Below, piece after piece: positions 44,609 to 51,202 of a stretch of DNA of 57,981 nucleotides. The position numbers were made by a program, and so were the translations under genes. Position 1 is the first letter of the stretch. Each line of letters starts with the position of its first letter. The stretch is from positions 1 to 57,981 of IMG/VR virus record IMGVR_UViG_3300019926_000104, one strand, 5' to 3'. The DNA is from a virus. The notes beneath the pieces were generated by a model. It had not been told where the DNA came from, made no database searches, and saw only the letters and a program-made list of their open reading frames with translations.

Positions 44609-44721
44609 TTGTTGTAGTCCATCCGCTCTGCTTCCATTCGTTCGCCCTCTGCAACCAGCAGGACCATAGCCACGAAACCGACCATAGCCATGAATCCAAC
44701 CGTCAGTAGTGCTTTAAGCAT
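44605..44721 (-). CDS. TM microprotein (38 aa)
   Basis: One TM helix; ATGA overlap. Confidence 0.3.
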   Translation of the reverse strand: MLKALLTVGFMAMVGFVAMVLLVAEGERMEAERMDYNK

Positions 44722-44815
44722 CTTTCCGAACCTCCGAACCTTTTGATTTGAAGAACTGTGCTACCTGCTTGTCGACCGAAACTTCACCGACAGGGGTTAC
44801 GACCGTGCAACTCAT
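44714..44815 (-). CDS. Microprotein (33 aa)
   Basis: Overlapping chain of ORFs. Confidence 0.2.
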   Translation of the reverse strand: MSCTVVTPVGEVSVDKQVAQFFKSKGSEVRKDA

Positions 44816-44958
44816 GGCTTGATCTCCATAGCGTCTTTTGCATGAATCGCAATCCAACGCTCCGTTTCTTGAAGTTCGTCTTTCGTCCGACCGTTGCCGA
44901 CTACGATCTGTTGCTCTTTGCTATCCGGGTCTTGTGATAGGAACGTGTGGATGCTCAT
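44812..44958 (-). CDS. Microprotein (48 aa)
   Basis: ATGA overlaps. Confidence 0.3.
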   Translation of the reverse strand: MSIHTFLSQDPDSKEQQIVVGNGRTKDELQETERWIAIHAKDAMEIKP

Positions 44959-45032
44959 AGTGAACCGATGGAGAGGCCGATACCCAGGCCAACGATGATT
45001 ACAACGGGCAGGACGTTACGAACGACTCTCAT
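44955..45032 (-). CDS. TM microprotein (25 aa)
   Basis: ATGA overlaps; hydrophobic. Confidence 0.2.
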   Translation of the reverse strand: MRVVRNVLPVVIIVGLGIGLSIGSL

Positions 45033-45124
45033 AGGTCTAACACACCCAGCTTGTTGCCGCAGTCGCACAACTCATCTAGTTCACTGAGCGACCGACCACA
45101 CTTAGCGCATTTGTAGTCCGACAT
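45029..45124 (-). CDS. Zinc-ribbon microprotein (31 aa)
   Basis: CAKCG ... CDCG. Confidence 0.3.
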   Translation of the reverse strand: MSDYKCAKCGRSLSELDELCDCGNKLGVLDL

Positions 45125-45126
45125 GG

Positions 45127-45375
45127 TTATTCCCACATGTGTGTACCCGCGCAGACGCCTTGATACGTCTCTTTAGCGTCTTTGTTCCGGTATCGGTAGG
45201 TGCCTGTCTGTCCGCACGAATCACAGACGTAGGTTTCTTTGAAGCCACCGAGTGAGTCCGTATTATCTGGGTCTGTACCACCGTCTAACGACAGATTACC
45301 ACCACAATGCGTGCAATAGCGAAGGTTGCCCTTGCTACGCCCACTCATTGTGATAGTATCTTGTGCTTGTGCCAT
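45127..45375 (-). CDS. Zinc-ribbon protein, first gene of the minus operon
   Basis: CTHCGG ... CDSCG; tgtagtATG start context. Confidence 0.6.
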   Translation of the reverse strand: MAQAQDTITMSGRSKGNLRYCTHCGGNLSLDGGTDPDNTDSLGGFKETYVCDSCGQTGTYRYRNKDAKETYQGVCAGTHMWE

Positions 45376-45411
45376 ACTACATCACAATGTTGTGCTACAT
45401 GCACCATAAAT

Positions 45412-45427
45412 CTATGCATATGCATAG
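45412..45427. promoter_or_regulatory. 16-bp perfect palindrome CTATGCATATGCATAG in a divergent promoter region
   Basis: Read directly; lies between the starts at 45375 (-) and 45464 (+). Confidence 0.6.
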
Positions 45428-45463
45428 TATTAAGTACGGCTAAACACAACCTTGTGGTGTAGG

Positions 45464-45574
45464 ATGGATACGACAATAGCAATAGAATCAGATGTTAGAG
45501 ATGATTTACGGGCGGAAAAGGAAGGCGGCGAGACGTACAATGAAGTAATCAAACGGCTGCTTAAAGAACAATGA
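45464..45574 (+). CDS. VapB-like RHH microprotein (36 aa)
   Basis: TIAIESDVRDDLRAEKEGGETYNEVIKRLLKE. Confidence 0.45.
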   Translation: MDTTIAIESDVRDDLRAEKEGGETYNEVIKRLLKEQ

Positions 45575-45732
45575 ACGGCGAAATCCCAGCAAAAGACCAA
45601 ACCCGTTGCACAACTTGTGGGAACAAGATACAGCTCACCAAAGACCAACGTGGAAGCCTCACGATGGGTTGTAACTGCGGACACGTCGGGGTTCGTGTTG
45701 ACAGTAAGGTACCAGAGGGCTGGGAACTATGA
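45571..45732 (+). CDS. Zinc-ribbon microprotein (53 aa)
   Basis: CTTCG ... CNCG; ATGA overlaps. Confidence 0.4.
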   Translation: MNGEIPAKDQTRCTTCGNKIQLTKDQRGSLTMGCNCGHVGVRVDSKVPEGWEL

Positions 45733-45902
45733 GCGACATTAAGAAACGCTACGTTACCGACTCATGCCGACAGTGTGGCAAAGTCGTGTCCCAAACGATC
45801 CCTGTAGAGATTACCACGACTGTCCCACCACACGCGCGTATTCGTTGTTCTGAGTGTCGCACGACCAATTTCTGTAAGCCCGAACCGGACAAGCAAGTAT
45901 GA
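45729..45902 (+). CDS. Zinc-ribbon microprotein (57 aa)
   Basis: CRQCG ... CSEC; ATGA overlaps. Confidence 0.4.
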   Translation: MSDIKKRYVTDSCRQCGKVVSQTIPVEITTTVPPHARIRCSECRTTNFCKPEPDKQV

Positions 45903-46300
45903 AAATGAAAGAATGGAGTGAGTATAGAGCACTCAAAGACGCTGGCTGGCAAGTTACGAAAACGAATCAAGTACGTTTCAACGGTGGTAGTGAAACGGTC
46001 GAACACTCCGTAGCCAAGATGTTAGCCGCGCACGCGGGAAAGGAAGCAGGATACCGTGTTTCGAGTGAGGTAGAACACGACACACGCGGCGAGATAGACG
46101 TTCTACTCTTTGGCTGTGATTCGCGTATCAGCCTTGCTGTCGAGTGTGAGAACGACGTTCAAGACGACGTTGTAGAAGATAAGGTAGACCGCTACGTTCG
46201 TGGCACGCCTATAGACGATATAGCCGTTATAGCGGTTGATGAACTGCCAGAGAACATTCCCGAAGCCTACGAGGAAATCAAGACGGTGTTGGGGCTATGA
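45899..46300 (+). CDS. PD-(D/E)xK nuclease-fold-like protein
   Basis: GEIDVLLFG ... LAVECEND. Confidence 0.45.
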   Translation: MKMKEWSEYRALKDAGWQVTKTNQVRFNGGSETVEHSVAKMLAAHAGKEAGYRVSSEVEHDTRGEIDVLLFGCDSRISLAVECENDVQDDVVEDKVDRYVRGTPIDDIAVIAVDELPENIPEAYEEIKTVLGL

Positions 46301-46665
46301 ACGGCAGTCAGTATGAACGGAAGTTAGCCCGCAATCTTGATGGAAGAGGGTTCCACGTAATCCGAGCACCAAGCTCCGGTGCAGCAACCCAACGAGAACT
46401 GCCAGATTTGATGTGGTCTAAGCGCGGTATCCCAACAATCGCCGGAGAACTGAAAGCGACTAGCCAGAACGTCGCCTACTACGATCAGGAAGAGGTAGAC
46501 GCCCTAGAACGGTTTGCTAACGCATTCGGGGCCGAAGCCCGCCTAATCGCACGGTTCAAAGGCGATACCTCATATTACCTGTTCTGGCCCGCAAATGCCA
46601 GACCCACTGATACCGGACGCTACGCCGTCGACAGAGACATAGAACACGCGGAGATGAAAGCATGA
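46297..46665 (+). CDS. hjc: Holliday junction resolvase Hjc
   Basis: GSQYERKLARNLDGRGFHVIRAPSSG ... LPDLMW ... IAGELKAT. Confidence 0.8.
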   Translation: MNGSQYERKLARNLDGRGFHVIRAPSSGAATQRELPDLMWSKRGIPTIAGELKATSQNVAYYDQEEVDALERFANAFGAEARLIARFKGDTSYYLFWPANARPTDTGRYAVDRDIEHAEMKA

Positions 46666-46883
46666 GCAAGGTAGACAGTCGTAACCCGGCCAACCTGGAT
46701 AGTGATGATACCTGTTACATCGGACAGCGAACCTCTTACGTGTCGGTTTACCACACGCAAAAGAACTGTCCCGATGTGAAGAACATGAAAAACGGCATCA
46801 AAACGAAAGAATGGGCAATCACCAAACGAATGTCTCTCTCGTGGTGTGAGCGGTGCCAACGACTAGTGGGGAAAGAGCAATGA
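46662..46883 (+). CDS. Small Cys protein (YHT.K.C family, paralog of 47615..47854)
   Basis: VYHTQKNCPD ... CERC. Confidence 0.5.
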   Translation: MSKVDSRNPANLDSDDTCYIGQRTSYVSVYHTQKNCPDVKNMKNGIKTKEWAITKRMSLSWCERCQRLVGKEQ

Positions 46884-47302
46884 CACTACCAACCGACCGA
46901 GAAAGGGCAGAGGAAGCAAAGAAGCGAGCAAACGAACAGTCAACCCGACAGTTCGATATTGTCGGTATCCTGTGTCCGGCGTGTAACGAACCTGCTGCTC
47001 CCGGCGACCCGGACCCAAATGAGTACGTTCACAAAGAGACAGACGGCGGGTTCACCAACGACCGGGCGGCCTTTGAAATCTCACCAAAGCATATTCTGGA
47101 ACACGGGCATGAAAACCCGTGGAACGAGATTCACGTTGTTCCCGAAGCCGTTGAAATGGACGGCGAACAGGAATTGAAGGTGATAGCCTACAAGCACGAC
47201 CACAGTAGCGAAGCCTATCAAGCCTGGAAAGAACAATTAGAAGAGTTAGAGACGGTTGAACGGCGTGCATCGGAAAACCAAGGATTAGGCGATTTTGTAT
47301 GA
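46880..47302 (+). CDS. Hypothetical acidic protein
   Basis: ATGA overlap; CPAC. Confidence 0.55.
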   Translation: MTLPTDRERAEEAKKRANEQSTRQFDIVGILCPACNEPAAPGDPDPNEYVHKETDGGFTNDRAAFEISPKHILEHGHENPWNEIHVVPEAVEMDGEQELKVIAYKHDHSSEAYQAWKEQLEELETVERRASENQGLGDFV

Positions 47303-47403
47303 TCTGTACTGAGTGCGGTGCCGATACGATACAGCATCATGGGTATCTTGTCTGCCCTGGGTGTGGTTGGGAAGAACAGTTGCCAGATGAAAACGCGGAA
47401 TAA
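47299..47403 (+). CDS. Zinc-ribbon microprotein (34 aa)
   Basis: CTECG ... CPGCG. Confidence 0.35.
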   Translation: MICTECGADTIQHHGYLVCPGCGWEEQLPDENAE

Positions 47404-47408
47404 GACAC

Positions 47409-47618
47409 ATGACACAAGCAAAGAAACTCCAGCAAGTCCTTGTACTGCGCGGTCAGAACATCGAAACCTACCACCGACCGGACCCAGAGAATCCAAACCA
47501 ACCAGCCTGCCACGGACACAAACATACTGACAAGCCAGCCGATCAATGGAAAGTCTGGGATATAGACCAAGCGAAGGTCTGGAAAGAGCCATGCAAGTAT
47601 CCGGGGTGCTGGGAATGA
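47409..47618 (+). CDS. Hypothetical protein
   Basis: 69-aa ORF. Confidence 0.45.
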   Translation: MTQAKKLQQVLVLRGQNIETYHRPDPENPNQPACHGHKHTDKPADQWKVWDIDQAKVWKEPCKYPGCWE

Positions 47619-47854
47619 GTCGAACAGTCTACACGCGCCGGAAAATGCGGCGAACGAACGTTTATCACACAGACAAAGACTGTAGCCACTTCCAGCGAGA
47701 GAACACGCCCATTGTAGCACACGATGAAGACGAACTACGTGATTGCTACACCGAGTGTCAATATTGTTCTGGGGAGTATCCTGGCGGTGGGAGTACCGAA
47801 ACCCCGATTGCTGCCAAGTTGAAGGACATGGATGCTAGCGAGGTAGGCACATGA
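47615..47854 (+). CDS. Small Cys protein (YHT.K.C family)
   Basis: VYHTDKDCSH ... CQYCSG. Confidence 0.5.
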   Translation: MSRTVYTRRKMRRTNVYHTDKDCSHFQRENTPIVAHDEDELRDCYTECQYCSGEYPGGGSTETPIAAKLKDMDASEVGT

Positions 47855-48261
47855 GCAAGAGTAGTGCGGTTCAACACAACACCAGCTTGAGTATGAGTGA
47901 ACAGATAGCCGTTCGTATCCTCCAACAAGACGGCTGGAACACCGGAGAACTAGCCATGTGCTTCAACGTTGGAAAGTCGACCATAGAGCGGTTAGACCCA
48001 AGCAACGAGGTAGAAGACATTGTTGGCTTAGTCGACCATGTGACGCCCGATGGACCACTCAAAACGCCCAGGAATCATACCTACAGTATTGACGATCTGG
48101 TTAGTGCCTACGCACACGCGGTTAGTGAACTTGGGCATAAGACACTCTCGAAGGCGCAGTACCGAGAGAATAAGCCGGATAGCGCCCCGTCTACTGGTGT
48201 CTTTGAGAATCGCTGGGGAACGTGGACGATGGCCCGCAAGCAGATAGAACGGCGCTTGTAA
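47851..48261 (+). CDS. HTH protein with one HNH-associated repeat but no HNH nuclease domain
   Basis: GELAMCFNVGKSTIERL; ...VFENRWGTWTMARKQ. Confidence 0.55.
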   Translation: MSKSSAVQHNTSLSMSEQIAVRILQQDGWNTGELAMCFNVGKSTIERLDPSNEVEDIVGLVDHVTPDGPLKTPRNHTYSIDDLVSAYAHAVSELGHKTLSKAQYRENKPDSAPSTGVFENRWGTWTMARKQIERRL

Positions 48262-48264
48262 AAT

Positions 48265-48387
48265 TTATTCTTCGGTTTCGTCTACAAGCCTGTTCAACAT
48301 ACCGTCCCAGGTTTCATACTCTCCTTTCTCTCCCCTGAGTCGGTTATACGTTTCTTCGGTTATCTTGAGGTTCTTGCGGTCAGACAT
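48265..48387 (-). CDS. VapB-like RHH microprotein (40 aa)
   Basis: LKITEETYNRLRGEKGEYETWDGMLNRLVDE. Confidence 0.4.
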   Translation of the reverse strand: MSDRKNLKITEETYNRLRGEKGEYETWDGMLNRLVDETEE

Positions 48388-48396
48388 TGTACCGTA

Positions 48397-48633
48397 TTAG
48401 TAGAAATTGAAGGTGTAGTCGCCGTCTTCATACTTCACAGAGCCAACAGCGAACTCATGGCCGTTGTAGGAGAAATCAGACAGATCAAACATTTCTTGGA
48501 CACGTTCGTTTGCCTCATGAAAAGCCTCAGTCGGAAAGTCGCCAACAGGATTCTTAATTGAGGCTTCAACTGGGTTGTTGCCGTGTTCTTTGTGTGCGTC
48601 AAGTCGGCGTGCGATTATGGTTGCTTCTTGCAT
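48397..48633 (-). CDS. Hypothetical protein
   Basis: ATG 48633 preceded by TATA-like ctttatatac. Confidence 0.5.
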   Translation of the reverse strand: MQEATIIARRLDAHKEHGNNPVEASIKNPVGDFPTEAFHEANERVQEMFDLSDFSYNGHEFAVGSVKYEDGDYTFNFY

Positions 48634-48685
48634 CACATATAGATACATACACCCCATGTATATAAAGTTATCCCAATTGTATCCA

Positions 48686-49606
48686 TCAAACGTCGTTGTG
48701 TGAACTTCTTGCTGGCTGGCTGTCCGTCTCTCCAACCGCTTTCCAATACTGACGCATCAGAAAATCAATCATCGGGCGAGGAATACAGTTTCTTGCTACG
48801 GCCTTCTTGTTGTACCGGCCAGAGTAGCCTTTGACAGCTCGCCACCACTCTGTAGACCTATCCGCAGAGAAATACGGGCTAACCTCTTGCTCTAATGGTT
48901 GCTGTACCGGCGGTGCATCCACAGGAAAACTTGTCTCGAAGGCCCGTTCAAACCGAATGGGTAAGCCGTACTGCCGACCGTCTAACTTCACGAGTGACCC
49001 ACCGTCCGGCTTCTGTAGTCCATCATCCACGGTTGCAGCCTTCGGGACGTTCTCAATGATGTAGTTCTCACAGTACTGTTCGCCTATCTCACGCGCACGC
49101 GGTATCTGATTGGGCCACTCGTCGGGATCGCCGCTAATACTCGTTACCTGTGAGAACTTGCCGCACTCTGGATGGAGTAGCCCCAAGTCAAAACTGTTTT
49201 TCTCAAAGGGCAGTTCGTAGCAATCTGCCTGAATTGGAATACTCTCGTTGCTATCTCGTGGGTCTAAGCCGACTCGAATAACCTCACCATGTGCAACAAG
49301 CGCCTCTGATTCCGTGCCAACGTCCGCGAAGGCATGAAGTATCTTGATTGGTCCCTGCTGCCAGACTCGTGATTCTGTGGGGTTGCTACCTACGTCTGGG
49401 TCAACACAAGATTCCCAAATTGGGCTACCAGTTGCTCGCTGCTCCACAATGCCCCCGTCTGCCAAGTCGTGCAACACTCTACGAATAAGTTGCCTGTTGC
49501 CTTCTTCTAACCTATCGCTAACCTCTATCACTTGGTTGATTCTAAATTCGTCTTCTACCTGGGCTAGTTGTCGAGCGGCGTTTTCTGCTATTGTTCGTGT
49601 TACCAT
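48686..49606 (-). CDS. Winged-helix plus divergent C5-methyltransferase-like protein
   Basis: ILHAFADVGTES (motif I-like), HPECGKFS (motif IV-like, with Glu instead of Pro before Cys), IIENVPKA (motif VI). Confidence 0.55.
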   Translation of the reverse strand: MVTRTIAENAARQLAQVEDEFRINQVIEVSDRLEEGNRQLIRRVLHDLADGGIVEQRATGSPIWESCVDPDVGSNPTESRVWQQGPIKILHAFADVGTESEALVAHGEVIRVGLDPRDSNESIPIQADCYELPFEKNSFDLGLLHPECGKFSQVTSISGDPDEWPNQIPRAREIGEQYCENYIIENVPKAATVDDGLQKPDGGSLVKLDGRQYGLPIRFERAFETSFPVDAPPVQQPLEQEVSPYFSADRSTEWWRAVKGYSGRYNKKAVARNCIPRPMIDFLMRQYWKAVGETDSQPARSSHNDV

Positions 49607-49621
49607 TGCCGTACACACAAT

Positions 49622-49676
49622 ATATTTGTAGAGTGTTGTAAAGGCAACGGTCAACATATTTGTAGAGTGTTCTAAA
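49622..49676. repeat. Two copies of ATATTTGTAGAGTGTT(g/c)TAAA, with starts 34 bp apart
   Basis: 49622..49642 and 49656..49676 read directly; copy 1 overlaps the promoter of 48686..49606. Confidence 0.7.
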
Positions 49677-49781
49677 ACAGGCTGTTTAGGCTCTTGTGCA
49701 AAAGTTGTGTTATATGCTGATAGTATCCGTTACCTATTAGTCCCCCGCCGCATAATGTATCCACTACGGAGTAAGCCCGCT

Positions 49782-49814
49782 CGTAGAAAACCGACGTGGC
49801 TGTCATTTTCTACG
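49782..49814. promoter_or_regulatory. Inverted repeat CGTAGAAAA-N15-TTTTCTACG in a 260-bp non-coding region
   Basis: 9-bp perfect arms read directly. Confidence 0.5.
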
Positions 49815-49865
49815 GCGAGAGCCACCTTAAATCTGGTGGAAACAGCCGCTGCTCCGTCATAAACC

Positions 49866-50291
49866 ATGACGGAAACCGAACTCGTAAACATTCGACAGAC
49901 GCCCGATGCAGAGATAGACGAATACATAGACCGCCGATCTGCCTTCGGTAATCCATTTAAGATGGAGAAAGACGGCGGCGATTACACGCGAGAAGGCTGT
50001 GTAGAAGCTTACCGCGAGTGGTTTTATGCTGATGAACAAGCCGAACTACGCGAGCGTGCGAAAGAAGAACTGAAAGGCAAGACGCTGGGTTGCTGGTGTA
50101 CTCCTAAAGCCTGCCACGGTGATGTTATCGTTGGCTTCCTTGAGGGCATGGAGTGTCCTGAGTGTGGCCGTAAGCACGTCAAATGGAACGACGATGGAAG
50201 CCACGCAGTTGATGGACAGTACCACGCCGGGATTGTGCAACGGTATGAGTGTGAGTATTGCGGGTTCATCGTGGAGGAAGGCCACCGATGA
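49866..50291 (+). CDS. DUF4326-like domain plus C-terminal zinc ribbon
   Basis: FGNPF ... YREWF ... LKGKTLGCWCTPKACHGDVI; CPECG ... CEYCG. Confidence 0.55.
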   Translation: MTETELVNIRQTPDAEIDEYIDRRSAFGNPFKMEKDGGDYTREGCVEAYREWFYADEQAELRERAKEELKGKTLGCWCTPKACHGDVIVGFLEGMECPECGRKHVKWNDDGSHAVDGQYHAGIVQRYECEYCGFIVEEGHR

Positions 50292-50743
50292 GCGGGAATA
50301 CAGCGAAATTGTATCTTGTTTCTCACAATCCGGTTGATGAATATGGTATCGGACTGAATAAGAGCCGTATTCAGCTGGCCGCAGATTACTACAAAATCGG
50401 GATTGCCACAGACCCAGAAAGGCGTCTGAGTGTCATGCAAAGCGGTAGTCCGCATCGTTTAGAATTAGAGACTACCGTTGATTGTGACCAACCCGAAGAT
50501 GTTGAAAGTGACTTGCATAGTATTTATCGGCCATACCACAAATTAGGAGAATGGTTTTCTCTGCCTTCTACCCCCCAGAACTCACTACGGGCGGTTGATT
50601 ATCTCAGCTCCGAGAATACAAAGGTCCTATCGAGACTCCGCGATACGCGCCGTTGGGACTTTGAAAAAGGATTCTACGTGCAATTAATGGAGATTAGGGG
50701 CGGCGAAATAACTCTCCGCGAAGACGGTATTCCCTCAAAGTAA
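50288..50743 (+). CDS. T5orf172 / GIY-YIG-superfamily domain protein
   Basis: YYKIGIATDPERRLSVMQSGSP ... ESDLHSIY ... LGEWFSL. Confidence 0.55.
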   Translation: MSGNTAKLYLVSHNPVDEYGIGLNKSRIQLAADYYKIGIATDPERRLSVMQSGSPHRLELETTVDCDQPEDVESDLHSIYRPYHKLGEWFSLPSTPQNSLRAVDYLSSENTKVLSRLRDTRRWDFEKGFYVQLMEIRGGEITLREDGIPSK

Positions 50744-50812
50744 TACTAGTAATCAAACGGTATTACTCGTAACACCACACAACACACAATAACACTAACA
50801 CAACACACCACA

Positions 50813-51202
50813 ATGAGCAAACAACGAAAAACGTTCACCCTTGATCCAGAAGTGAAGGCGTATCTTGATGCAGAAGGACGCAACGCCTCAGAAACCGTCA
50901 ACCGGCTTGTAAAACTCGATATGGGCGAAGAGGTCGTCAATACCGAGATAATCAAAATGCGGATGGAGATGGAGAAAGACAAGTATGAAGCTGCCGCGCA
51001 AAGGGCGAAAGGACACTTAGAACGGTATAACCAACTCCAATCCAGATTAGAGAATCAACACTCAAAGAAACAGGACAAATTAAAAGAGGCAAGAGAGGCT
51101 ATCGGTGGCAAACATCTTACCGCCGATAACCCAGCGGTCAAGAATTGGGCTGAAAAATGTGACATGACGCCAGAAGAACTCTTGGAGGAACTAGACGAAT
51201 GA
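50813..51202 (+). CDS. VapB-like RHH N-terminal domain plus coiled coil
   Basis: TFTLDPEVKAYLDAEGRNASETVNRLVKLD; ATGA-coupled to MCM. Confidence 0.55.
   Translation: MSKQRKTFTLDPEVKAYLDAEGRNASETVNRLVKLDMGEEVVNTEIIKMRMEMEKDKYEAAAQRAKGHLERYNQLQSRLENQHSKKQDKLKEAREAIGGKHLTADNPAVKNWAEKCDMTPEELLEELDE

Noticed and set aside
45430-46006. Minus-strand ORFs 45430..45684 and 45749..46006
   Set aside because: The plus strand here encodes an RHH microprotein and two zinc-ribbon microproteins chained by ATGA overlaps into the nuclease/Hjc operon. The minus-strand products are hydrophobic and Cys-rich with no context.
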